From contig CBFGIY010000049.1 in assembly GCA_965648935.1 (NCBI GenBank), positions 1 to 18,778 of the forward strand: 18,778 nucleotides of DNA, in the 5' to 3' direction. Position 1 is the stretch's first letter. Each line of letters starts with the position of its first letter. The position numbers and the translations under genes are program-made. This DNA comes from a candidate division WOR-3 bacterium. Lineage in GTDB: Bacteria; Hydrothermota; Tepidihabitantia; Tepidihabitantales; Tepidihabitantaceae. Positions 8,035 to 16,150 of the stretch are shown here, piece by piece. The notes under the pieces were generated by a model. That model did not search any database, was not told the origin of the DNA, and was given only the letters and a program-made list of their open reading frames with translations.

Positions 8035-9059
8035 GCCCGGCCGGACCGGGGCAGGACGATGTTCGCCCTGCAACCGCATCTTGCGCAAACCCCGTCTCTC
8101 ATGCCGACCAGCCGACCCGAGAATCCGCTCCTCGTGACCAGCAGGTTGCCGCACTCGGGACAAACGGTATCACGAAAGCGCGCCCCGCACTCGGCGTTGC
8201 CCAGGTAGACGAATCGCACGCGTCTGGCCGCACGCTCAGCGGCCTGCAGAAGGACATCTGTCGGGGTCGCCGGCTCGGCGGCGCGGTAACGTGGAAAGTA
8301 GCGAGAGAAGTGCAAGGGGACCGTGTCATCCAGCTCAGCCACAAAATCGAGCAGCCGGTCTACGTCATCGGTGGCCGTGTTCCGCCCTGGAATCAGCAGA
8401 TTGGTCAGTTCGACGTGACACTCGCGGACCGCAAGCCGAACAGTTCTGAGAACTGCGTCAAGGTCACCGCCGACATAGTCCCGGTAGAAACCAGGCTGCA
8501 TCGACTTGACGTCGATGTTCATCGCATCCACAACCGGCAGCAGCTCGGTCAGTGGTTGTTCGTTCACCATGCCGTTGGTCACCAGGACGACTCGCAGACC
8601 GGCCGCGCGCAACAGCCGCGCCGCATCAACGACATACTCGAACCAGACTAACGGTTCGTTGTAGGTGAAGGCCACGGCCGGCACGGCTCGCTGGACGGCG
8701 AGGTCCACGAGCACCTCGGGTGACAGGTAGCGACTGGGCGCGACCGACTGCGAAATGTTGCTGTTCTGACAGAATGGACAACGCAGGTTGCAGCCGTAGG
8801 TCGCTACCGAGAGAATCTCCGTCCCGGGCAGAAAATGATAGAGCGGCTTCTTCTCGACTGGGTCAACCGCGACAGACACGACCCTGCCATAGCTAGCAGC
8901 GATCAGCCTGCCACCTTTGTTTTCGCGACCCAGACACCGACCGTGTCGTCCCGGAGCAATGACGCAGCGGTGCGGGCACAGCAAACAGCGCACGTTTGAA
9001 CCAGTAGCCTCCCAGTAGCGCGCCTCGTGAGGCGGATCCCCGCCAGTGCTGAAGAACAT
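8031..9059 (-). CDS. amrS: AmmeMemoRadiSam system radical SAM enzyme
   Basis: N-terminal CLLCPHRC..GRC, DPVEKKPLYHFLPG, radical SAM motif CNLRCPFCQN, AFTYNEP, NIDVK, PLHFSRYFP, VYLGN, C-terminal CPECG..CARCG. Confidence 0.93.
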   Translation of the reverse strand: MFFSTGGDPPHEARYWEATGSNVRCLLCPHRCVIAPGRHGRCLGRENKGGRLIAASYGRVVSVAVDPVEKKPLYHFLPGTEILSVATYGCNLRCPFCQNSNISQSVAPSRYLSPEVLVDLAVQRAVPAVAFTYNEPLVWFEYVVDAARLLRAAGLRVVLVTNGMVNEQPLTELLPVVDAMNIDVKSMQPGFYRDYVGGDLDAVLRTVRLAVRECHVELTNLLIPGRNTATDDVDRLLDFVAELDDTVPLHFSRYFPRYRAAEPATPTDVLLQAAERAARRVRFVYLGNAECGARFRDTVCPECGNLLVTRSGFSGRLVGMRDGVCARCGCRANIVLPRSGRA

Positions 9060-9065
9060 CAGCCA

Positions 9066-9093
9066 ATCGTAGTTCGCGGGACCAGTCAGTCAA
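9066..9093 (-). promoter_or_regulatory. Promoter for a leaderless amrS transcript
   Basis: TTGACT (9093-9088), 16 bp, TACGAT (9071-9066), 6 nt, ATG 9059. Confidence 0.7.
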
Positions 9094-9115
9094 GCACTCG
9101 GATTGCCCGCATGGT

Positions 9116-9144
9116 TTGCCTGCCGCAGAGCAGCGGTGTATCAT
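9116..9144 (+). promoter_or_regulatory. Promoter for a leaderless M23 peptidase transcript
   Basis: TTGCCT (9116-9121), 17 bp, TATCAT (9139-9144), 5 nt, in-frame GTG 9150. Confidence 0.55.
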
Positions 9145-9149
9145 CAGCC

Positions 9150-10415
9150 GTGCTGCCAACCCCGACCGGTCCCGGCCCTGTGGACATCGGTGGAACGAAT
9201 CGGAGAGGGCGACCTCGCCGGACCCTGTTCGTCACCCTGACCGCTGCCGCGATCGTGGTCGTGGCAGCGGCTCTGATCCTGATGCCTCGCCGCCCGGCCA
9301 TCGCCAGGCGACTTCCGAAGAGCCATCCGAAGGAACCGCCCCTGCGCGGCGTTCCCTGCATCGTTCACGCCGGCGACATCATGACCGTGGTACTCTGCCG
9401 GGCCGGTCTCAGTCCCGCAGCCTCGGGCCGGGTCGTCGCTGCGATGAACGCAGCCGGGTTCAACCTCAAGGCGATGCGTCCCGGCGACAGCATCACAGCG
9501 CTGTACGCCGACACCACACTAGTCCGGCTGCACTACGCCCGAGGCCGCGAGCAGGTGTGGCGGATCGACCTCGAACCTGCCGGTTGCGCTGTCTCGATGC
9601 TGCTGCGTGATATCACCTTCACGCCCGCAGCCGTTAGCGGAATGATATCGAACTCTCTGTACGAGGCAGTTCTCGGTCTCGGCGAAAGCCCGTTACTGGC
9701 GAACGAGCTCGCCGACGCCTTTGGGTGGGAGATCGACTTCTTCACCGAAGTCCAGCCCGGCGACTCTTTCGCGGTGCTGTTTCTGCGCCGGCAGATCGAT
9801 TCGGTCCCGGCCGGCCTCGGTCCGCTGCTCGCGGCCCGCTACAGCGGCCGCGTCGGCAGCTTCGACGCCTTCCGCTTCACCGACCCTGATGGCCGCACCG
9901 ACATCTACAACAGCGCCGGCCTCTCGCTGCGCAAGCAGTTTCTCAAATCGCCGCTTCGATTCTCGCGTATCTCCTCGTACTTCGGCGGCCGGCGGCATCC
10001 AATTCTGCGGGTGCGTCGCCAGCACCACGGGCTTGACTACGTCGCGCCGGCAGGAACGCCGGTCTCAGCGGCCGCCGACGGACGCATCACCCAGGCCGGC
10101 TGGTCCGGCGGCTACGGCCGGGTGGTGGACATCGCGCACGCTGGCGGCTACACGACTCGCTACGGCCATCTCCACGGCTTCGCGCGCGGCATCAGGGCCG
10201 GCGCCGCCGTCACACAAGGCGACCTGATCGGCTATGTCGGTTCTACCGGACTGTCCACAGGGCCGCACCTGCACTACGAAGTCCGCCGCCACGGCGTGCC
10301 GCTCAACCCGATGCGTCTTGACCCGCCGCGCGAGCCGCCGGTCGCAGCGCGCTTCCAGGCTCAGTTCGCCCGGACCCGCGACAGCCTGACCCGGCTGCTC
10401 GACCGGCTGCGCTAA
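9150..10415 (+). CDS. Membrane-anchored M23 family peptidoglycan endopeptidase (MepM/Csd3-like)
   Basis: N-terminal TM helix; WEIDFFTEVQPGDSF; FLKSPLRFSRISSYFG.RRHPIL; Zn ligands HHGLD (HxxxD) and GPHLHYE (HxH). Start moved from the ORF-track 9027 to GTG 9150 to avoid overlap with amrS and to match the promoter. Confidence 0.9.
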   Translation: MLPTPTGPGPVDIGGTNRRGRPRRTLFVTLTAAAIVVVAAALILMPRRPAIARRLPKSHPKEPPLRGVPCIVHAGDIMTVVLCRAGLSPAASGRVVAAMNAAGFNLKAMRPGDSITALYADTTLVRLHYARGREQVWRIDLEPAGCAVSMLLRDITFTPAAVSGMISNSLYEAVLGLGESPLLANELADAFGWEIDFFTEVQPGDSFAVLFLRRQIDSVPAGLGPLLAARYSGRVGSFDAFRFTDPDGRTDIYNSAGLSLRKQFLKSPLRFSRISSYFGGRRHPILRVRRQHHGLDYVAPAGTPVSAAADGRITQAGWSGGYGRVVDIAHAGGYTTRYGHLHGFARGIRAGAAVTQGDLIGYVGSTGLSTGPHLHYEVRRHGVPLNPMRLDPPREPPVAARFQAQFARTRDSLTRLLDRLR

Positions 10416-11173
10416 CCCCCGGCAACGGCCAGTCCATAGATGGCCGCGGCGCGCCCGGCCAGCAGACACCGGCCGGCCGCGTCGAGTGTCGCGCCGCTTG
10501 TTGTCACATCATCGACGACGATCACGCTCCTGCCGTCTGCGCTTCTACCGGGATGCAGCGCGAACGCACCCTTCAAATTAGCCCGCCGCTCGCGCGTCCC
10601 CATCTTCTGGGTCTGCGTCGGGGTGTTCTTCACCCGCAGAATCAGCTCCGCGAACTCCTTGCCCGTGGCTGAAGCAACCTCGCGCGCCAGCAACTCCGAC
10701 TGGTTATAGCCTCGTTCCCGGTGCCGCGCAGGATGCAGCGGCACCGGACAGATGCAATCGGCTCGATAGAGCTCGGGGTCTGACTCGACCAGAGCCGCCA
10801 GCGCCTCTCCGAGCGGCCGGGCCAGTGTGGTCTTGTCGTTGTACTTGAGTGCGTGAACCAGCGAAACGAAAGGCGGCGCGTAAGGCCCAAGCACGCGGGT
10901 TCGAGTGATGCTCGATGCCCGGCAGTCTGCTGCGGTGTGCTGAGACCGGCCGAAAACCGGTCGGCCGCACAGCGGACACACGCCAGGCGCGGACGAGAAA
11001 AGCCTGCGCCGGCAGTCGCTGCAGATCTGCCCGGACTCCACCTCGCGGTCGCAGCCGAAACAGACCGGCGGCAGCAAGACATCTATCAGGGCGCGGCCGA
11101 GCAGGCGCAGGCCGCTACGCAGTACGCCTGGGTTCAGCAGTGCGGGAGTGCGGCCGGAGACTGAAGAAGACAA
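10412..11173 (-). CDS. comF: ComF family protein (double zinc ribbon plus phosphoribosyltransferase domain); start uncertain
   Basis: LLPPVCFGC..ICSDC..CPLCG, HALKY, PVPLHPARHRERGYNQSELLA, RRANLKGAF, PRPP-binding VDDVTTSGATL. Confidence 0.9.
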   Translation of the reverse strand: MSSSVSGRTPALLNPGVLRSGLRLLGRALIDVLLPPVCFGCDREVESGQICSDCRRRLFSSAPGVCPLCGRPVFGRSQHTAADCRASSITRTRVLGPYAPPFVSLVHALKYNDKTTLARPLGEALAALVESDPELYRADCICPVPLHPARHRERGYNQSELLAREVASATGKEFAELILRVKNTPTQTQKMGTRERRANLKGAFALHPGRSADGRSVIVVDDVTTSGATLDAAGRCLLAGRAAAIYGLAVAGG

Positions 11174-11909
11174 GCAGCCCGATGCCGACCAGGGTCAGGC
11201 CGAGGGCGACGACCTGATTGCCCCAGAAGTTGGCTGAGTTCTCGTAGTAACGAACGAAATCGACCCCGAACCGGAAGAGCGAGTACAGCATCAGCATGAT
11301 GCTGAACAGCACACCCTCCTTGAGCCGGCGCCGTTCAAGCAGAAGCGCGAGGCCAAAGAGAGCGAAACCCGCAGCCGACGAGTACAGCTGGGTCGGGTGG
11401 ATGTGCTGATGTGGAAACGTGGCCCCGGCCGGCGAGTGCAACGGAAAGACGAGACCGGTGAAGCACTGGGTCGGCTGGCCGAAGCAGCAGCCGTTGAGGA
11501 AACAGCCGATGCGGGTCAGACCCTCGCCCAGCATTATCGCCGGTGCTATGGCGTCCATCAGTCCGGGCAGGGGAAGCCGGTTGACGCGCACGAACACGAG
11601 CCCGGCGACAATGCCGCCCAGGAAGCCGCCGTAGAACATCAGCCCGGCCAGCCCGCCGCGCCAGAAGGCGATGATACCTATGAGATCGTTCGCGAACTCG
11701 TCCCAGTGAAACGCCACGTAGAACAGCCGCGAGCCGAGGACCACGGCGAGCAGGACCCACAGCGCGAGGTCGGTTATCTTGCGCGGGTCAACGCCGAACC
11801 TGCGGGCGCGACGCTCGACAATGGCGATGCCGAACATGAAAGACAGAAACAGCATCACCCCGTAAGAGTAGATGCGGATGCCGCCGAGGTTCAGTATTGT
11901 TGGAAACAC
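11115..11909 (-). CDS. lgt: Prolipoprotein diacylglyceryl transferase
   Basis: IYSYGVM, GSRLFYV, GLMFYGG, RIGCFLNGCCFG, HPTQLY, YSLFRF; multiple TM helices. Confidence 0.95.
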   Translation of the reverse strand: MFPTILNLGGIRIYSYGVMLFLSFMFGIAIVERRARRFGVDPRKITDLALWVLLAVVLGSRLFYVAFHWDEFANDLIGIIAFWRGGLAGLMFYGGFLGGIVAGLVFVRVNRLPLPGLMDAIAPAIMLGEGLTRIGCFLNGCCFGQPTQCFTGLVFPLHSPAGATFPHQHIHPTQLYSSAAGFALFGLALLLERRRLKEGVLFSIMLMLYSLFRFGVDFVRYYENSANFWGNQVVALGLTLVGIGLLVFFSLRPHSRTAEPRRTA

Positions 11910-11914
11910 GGTCT

Positions 11915-11942
11915 ATCCTAGTGCCGGCACCCGCGCAGTCAA
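11915..11942 (-). promoter_or_regulatory. Promoter for a leaderless lgt-comF transcript
   Basis: TTGACT (11942-11937), 16 bp, TAGGAT (11920-11915), 5 nt, GTG 11909; fits within the 41-nt hypE-lgt gap. Confidence 0.7.
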
Positions 11943-11950
11943 GGCCGCCC

Positions 11951-13003
11951 CTAGCAGATGCGCGGCAGCTGCTCGCCCTCGAGCATTATCAGCCGCCGCA
12001 ACGAACCGGCCGCCGTACGCAGCCAGACGCCGTCCGGTTTGCCAGTCACGTGACCGATAACCGCGGCACGCCGGCCCAGCGCGTGCCCGCGCAGCGCGGC
12101 AAGCACGGCAGTAGCCCGACCCGAAGCAACGACAGACACGACTTTCCCTTCGTTGGCCATGTACAGCGGGTCAAGCCCAAGGAGCGCCGCGACGGCCCGC
12201 ACTTGCCCCGTCACCGGCACTGCGCTCTCGTTGACTTCAAAGCCGAGCCCTGTTTCCTCGGCGAATTCATTCAGGGTAGTTGCCAGCCCGCCGCGCGTCG
12301 GGTCGCGCATCAATCTGACTCCGCCAGCCCGCAGCGCCTGCTGGACCAGTTGGTGCAAGGGAGCACAGTCGCTCTTCAGGTTTGACCGGAAACCCCACTG
12401 GCCGCGCGCGACTGCCACGGCAGCTTCATGCTCGCCTACCGTTCCGCTCAGGACAATGACATCCCCCGGTCGGACGCGCGCTGGTCCCAGTCGCGTGTCC
12501 GGCATCAGACGCCCGATGCCGGTCGTGTTGACGTACAACCCGCTATCTGGGCCGGCTTCGATGACCTTGGTGTCGCCAGTCACGACCTCGACGCCTGCCG
12601 CCCGCGCGGTAGCGCCCAGCGAGCGGCAGACCCGCTCGAGCGACGCCAGTTCCAGTCCCTCGCGCAGAATGAACCCGACCGAAAGGAACTGCGGCTTCGC
12701 GCCGCTCACCGCCAGGTCGTTGACCGTGCCGCAGACCGCGAGCTTGCCGATGTCGCCGCCCGGGAAGAACAGCGGCTGAACGACATAGCTGTCCGTGGAC
12801 ACGGCGACTCCGCCAGCCCCGACCCTGACCACTCCGGCATCGGCCAGCGGCGCAAGCGCGGCCGACCCGAAGTGCCGCAGAAACACCTCACGGATGAGCC
12901 GGTGCATCTTTCGCCCCCCCGCGCCGTGCCCCATCACTATGCGCCCGGATGATGGGGAACCCGCTCCACGCCCCCCTCGAGCCCGGGCACCCCGTCGTTT
13001 CAT
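11951..13003 (-). CDS. hypE: [NiFe]-hydrogenase maturation carbamoyl dehydratase HypE
   Basis: MGHGAGG, STDSYVVQPLFFPGGDIGKLAVCGTVNDLA, VTGDTKV, MRDPTRGG, ANEGK, C-terminal LPRIC. AAAGGAG precedes ATG 13003. Confidence 0.96.
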   Translation of the reverse strand: MKRRGARARGGRGAGSPSSGRIVMGHGAGGRKMHRLIREVFLRHFGSAALAPLADAGVVRVGAGGVAVSTDSYVVQPLFFPGGDIGKLAVCGTVNDLAVSGAKPQFLSVGFILREGLELASLERVCRSLGATARAAGVEVVTGDTKVIEAGPDSGLYVNTTGIGRLMPDTRLGPARVRPGDVIVLSGTVGEHEAAVAVARGQWGFRSNLKSDCAPLHQLVQQALRAGGVRLMRDPTRGGLATTLNEFAEETGLGFEVNESAVPVTGQVRAVAALLGLDPLYMANEGKVVSVVASGRATAVLAALRGHALGRRAAVIGHVTGKPDGVWLRTAAGSLRRLIMLEGEQLPRIC

Positions 13004-13005
13004 TC

Positions 13006-14130
13006 TCAGCTCCTTTCGTATCGAAAGTAAGCGGCACACGCGCCCTCGGACGAGACCATGCACGGCCCGACCGGTCGCTCGGTATCGCACCTCCGGCCGA
13101 AAAGCCGGCACTGCGGCGGGATAATGCGCCCGAGCATCACGTCGCCGCACCGGCACGGAGTCCGAACAGCGCGGCCCGGTTCGAGCCCGAACCTTGCAAC
13201 CGCGTCAAAGCGCGCGAACGCCGGCCTCAGCCGCAGGCCAGACCCTGGAATGCGACCAAGCCCGCGCCACTCGGCATCGGCCGGGGCGAACACCGTGCGC
13301 ATCACCGCCAGCGCCCGCGGGTTACCTCTGAACCGGACGACTCGACGGTACTGCACGGTGACCTCAGGTCCATCATCGAGCTGGCGCAGCAGGTCGGTAA
13401 CTGCCTGCAGGATGTCGGCGGCATCAAACCCGGCCACGCAAGCGGGTATCCCGAATTCCGTGGCAAGAAAACGATAAGGAGCGCTGCCGATGACCGCGGA
13501 CACGTGGCCGGGCAGGATAAACCCGTCAATGCCCAGCTTTGGCGACTCAGCCAGCACCCGCAACGCCGGCGGGATGAGCTTGAACATCGGTACGACCGTG
13601 ACATTGCGCAGCTTCCGCCTCTTCGCGACTACCAGTGTTGCCGCCACGGTCGGCGCGGTGGTCTCGAATCCCACACCCGCGAAGGCGAACTCGCGCACCG
13701 GCTCGGCCTCGGCCATCGCCACGATGTCCAGCGGCGAGTACACGATGCGCACATCGGCACCGGCTGCGCGCGCGGTCTCGAGGCTGCCGCGCGAACCCGG
13801 AACGCGCAGCATATCGCCGAACGTGACCACCGCGACCCCGTGCCGCTGCGCGAGCGCGATGACCATATCAATGTCCGGCTGTGCGGTGACGCAGACCGGG
13901 CAGCCCGGCCCTGACAGCAGTCGCAGCCGCGGGTCGAGCGCCCGCCTGATACCTGACTGGGATATCGCCATCGTGTGCGTGCCGCAGACCTCCATCAGCG
14001 CGATGCCCCGACGCCTGGAGCAAACCTCGGCAACCCGCGCGTTCACTGAGGCGGCGAGTTCGGCGACCGTGTCAGGCGCTCTGGAGCCTGCAGGCACCCG
14101 GTGCCGCGGCCCTGTCCTCGTGGCAGTCAC
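13006..14130 (-). CDS. hypD: [NiFe]-hydrogenase maturation protein HypD
   Basis: MEVCGTHT, SGPGCPVCVT, GFETTAP, PGHVS, and C-terminal Fe-S ligands CRCG..C..C..PVGPCMVSSEGACAAY. Confidence 0.96.
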   Translation of the reverse strand: MTATRTGPRHRVPAGSRAPDTVAELAASVNARVAEVCSRRRGIALMEVCGTHTMAISQSGIRRALDPRLRLLSGPGCPVCVTAQPDIDMVIALAQRHGVAVVTFGDMLRVPGSRGSLETARAAGADVRIVYSPLDIVAMAEAEPVREFAFAGVGFETTAPTVAATLVVAKRRKLRNVTVVPMFKLIPPALRVLAESPKLGIDGFILPGHVSAVIGSAPYRFLATEFGIPACVAGFDAADILQAVTDLLRQLDDGPEVTVQYRRVVRFRGNPRALAVMRTVFAPADAEWRGLGRIPGSGLRLRPAFARFDAVARFGLEPGRAVRTPCRCGDVMLGRIIPPQCRLFGRRCDTERPVGPCMVSSEGACAAYFRYERS

Positions 14131-14136
14131 TCATCG

Positions 14137-14164
14137 ATTCTAGGCCCGCTCGCGGCCGAGTCAA
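14137..14164 (-). promoter_or_regulatory. Promoter for a leaderless hypD-hypE transcript
   Basis: TTGACT (14164-14159), 16 bp, TAGAAT (14142-14137), 6 nt, GTG 14130. Confidence 0.72.
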
Positions 14165-14187
14165 AGCCGCCCAGACAGCTGGCGCAT

Positions 14188-14215
14188 TTGACAATGCGCA
14201 ACTCCTGGCTAGACT
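14188..14215 (+). promoter_or_regulatory. Sigma70-type promoter for the second Kelch protein, with a palindrome over the -35
   Basis: TTGACA (14188-14193), 16 bp, TAGACT (14210-14215); inverted repeat GCGCATT-tgac-AATGCGC at 14182-14199. Confidence 0.72.
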
Positions 14216-14353
14216 GGTTGTGCGGACGGAAACAAGGGTTCCTGTTCTCGTTTTTCCGAAAACCGCCAATCTAGCTGTTTGCCGCATCCGGCTGTCGACC
14301 TTGCGGGCCGGGCTGCAGTAAAAGTCAAATGGCAGTTCTGGGAAGGAGGCTGT

Positions 14354-16000
14354 GTGAAGCGTCTGCTGACTATCCTCATACTGACCGGGTTGGCTGCGAC
14401 TGGTCTTGCAAGTCAGGCTGTCGCCCTGAGCCCTGGTCAGAACGCGCTACCGGACGCCGGTCGTTCTGACTGCGGCAACGCAGCCCGGCTCGCCCCTGCC
14501 TCGCCCGCACATGACGACGGCCGCTTGGCTCTCGCCGCGTGCAGTTGCGATGTCAGCATGACCCGCATCATCTCGCCAACCGGCAGTATTGCCAGATGCC
14601 AGTACCAGACAATCACGGTCCGCGTCGCGAATCACGGCGCCGATCCGGCTAGCTTCCCGGTGAGGGCCAAGCTGATCGACCCCTGCGGCCGCACAGCCAC
14701 CTACTCGTCATCGGTCGCCGACCTTGCGCCCGGCGCAACAGCCGACGTGCAGTTTGTCACTCGCCGCCACGACCTGAGCGGAATGTGGCGCATCGTTGCC
14801 TACACCCGGCTGGCAGACGACGAGAACCGCGCCAACGACACGGTTTGCGGGTCGTTCCGGGTTGACGCAACGGCCGGCTGGCAGACGATCGCGCCGATTC
14901 CGGCCGGTCCGCACCGGCCTGACAAGGGCGGTGCCCTCGCCGTTGACTCGACCGGCAACTTCTACCTGCTCAAGGGCCGCAATTCGCCCCAAATCTATCG
15001 CTTCGGGACCGAACTCGACGATGCGCAGGTCGCCGGCGCAATCCCTCAGGACCAGACCCGCATCAGCAGCGGCACGCGCATCGCCGCGCTGGCCGGCCGC
15101 GTCTACGTGCTCAAGGCATCCAGATGCCTTGAGTTCGGTTCGCTGGACGTCGCCACCGGCCGCTGGAACTGGCTTGCCAGTCTTCCGGCAGGACCGGACA
15201 ACAAGCCGGCCGGGAAGGGCGCAGCGCTGACCGTAGCCAGTGGCAGTATCTACGCCCTCAAGGGCAACCGCACCAGCGAGCTCTATCGCTACGACCTGGC
15301 CGAAGGCAGATGGGCCGCGCTCGCGCCCTTGCCTGTGCCCGCGCGGTCAGTCGGCGATGGCGCGGCCCTTGCTGCCGATGGGCTCAGGCTCTACGCCACG
15401 GTCGGGAACTGCAACTCCGGCTTCTTCTGCTACGACATCGCGACCGGCTCCTGGCATCGTCTTGCCGATCTGCCTGGCGCGGTTTTCAAGTCCGGCGCCG
15501 GGCTGGCGTGCGTCAACGGCACGATCTATGCGACTGCCGGCGGCAACAAGCCCGGCTTCTTCGCCTATGACCCGGCGACCGACAACTGGACCGCGCTCGA
15601 CGATGTGCCACTCGGACCAGACAGCAAGAAGGTAAGTCACGGCGGCGCGCTCGCGGTTTTGGACGGGCTGGTGCTCCTGCTCAAGGGCGAATCATCGACC
15701 CACCTGCTCGCATATGACCCTGCGGCTCAGCCCGCTTGCTCCCGCCCGCGAGATGCCGGCTCGACAATCGATGCCGGTGCCGAATCCACTGCGCGCTCGC
15801 AGGGCATCGTACGAGCGGCGCTCACGGTCAACGCAGCCGGCCGGGTCCGGCTCTACTCCAGCGCCGGCGCTCTGGTCCGCCAGTCTGCGGCCACAGGCCG
15901 GACTGAGATCGATACGAGGGACTTGCCCGGTGGAACATACCTGCTCCGCGCCGGGACTGACGACGGTATTCGGACAACGCGACTGGTCATCGCGCGATAG
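14354..16000 (+). CDS. 548-aa secreted protein: CARDB/Ig-like domain, 6-blade Kelch-like propeller, degenerate T9SS-type C-terminal domain
   Basis: AAGGAGG 14343-14349 before GTG 14354; signal peptide MKRLLTILILTGLAATGLA; DVSMTRIISP..VANHG..DENRANDT; six blades such as IYALKGNRTSELYRYD; C-terminal RLYSSAGALVR..LPGGTYLLR..TRLVI. Confidence 0.85.
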   Translation: MKRLLTILILTGLAATGLASQAVALSPGQNALPDAGRSDCGNAARLAPASPAHDDGRLALAACSCDVSMTRIISPTGSIARCQYQTITVRVANHGADPASFPVRAKLIDPCGRTATYSSSVADLAPGATADVQFVTRRHDLSGMWRIVAYTRLADDENRANDTVCGSFRVDATAGWQTIAPIPAGPHRPDKGGALAVDSTGNFYLLKGRNSPQIYRFGTELDDAQVAGAIPQDQTRISSGTRIAALAGRVYVLKASRCLEFGSLDVATGRWNWLASLPAGPDNKPAGKGAALTVASGSIYALKGNRTSELYRYDLAEGRWAALAPLPVPARSVGDGAALAADGLRLYATVGNCNSGFFCYDIATGSWHRLADLPGAVFKSGAGLACVNGTIYATAGGNKPGFFAYDPATDNWTALDDVPLGPDSKKVSHGGALAVLDGLVLLLKGESSTHLLAYDPAAQPACSRPRDAGSTIDAGAESTARSQGIVRAALTVNAAGRVRLYSSAGALVRQSAATGRTEIDTRDLPGGTYLLRAGTDDGIRTTRLVIAR

Positions 16001-16053
16001 GCGCAGAGCACCGCGCAGCATCGTCCGCACCGAGAAAACATCTTAACCGCTTC

Positions 16054-16081
16054 TTGACAGAACGAATGCGGGTGATACATT
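16054..16081 (+). promoter_or_regulatory. Sigma70-type promoter for the TRL-like lipoprotein
   Basis: TTGACA (16054-16059), 16 bp, TACATT (16076-16081), with an extended -10 TG. Confidence 0.72.
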
Positions 16082-16150
16082 GAACGCGTGCCAACCAGGC
16101 ACTACGCCATGGCAGAAAGAGGAAGCACCCAACCAAAGGAGGTCTCCCAG

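Noticed and set aside
14072..14287. 71-aa minus-strand ORF upstream of hypD as a candidate hypC
   Set aside because: It lacks the MCLAIP N-terminus and VHxG motif, and it overlaps hypD and both promoters.
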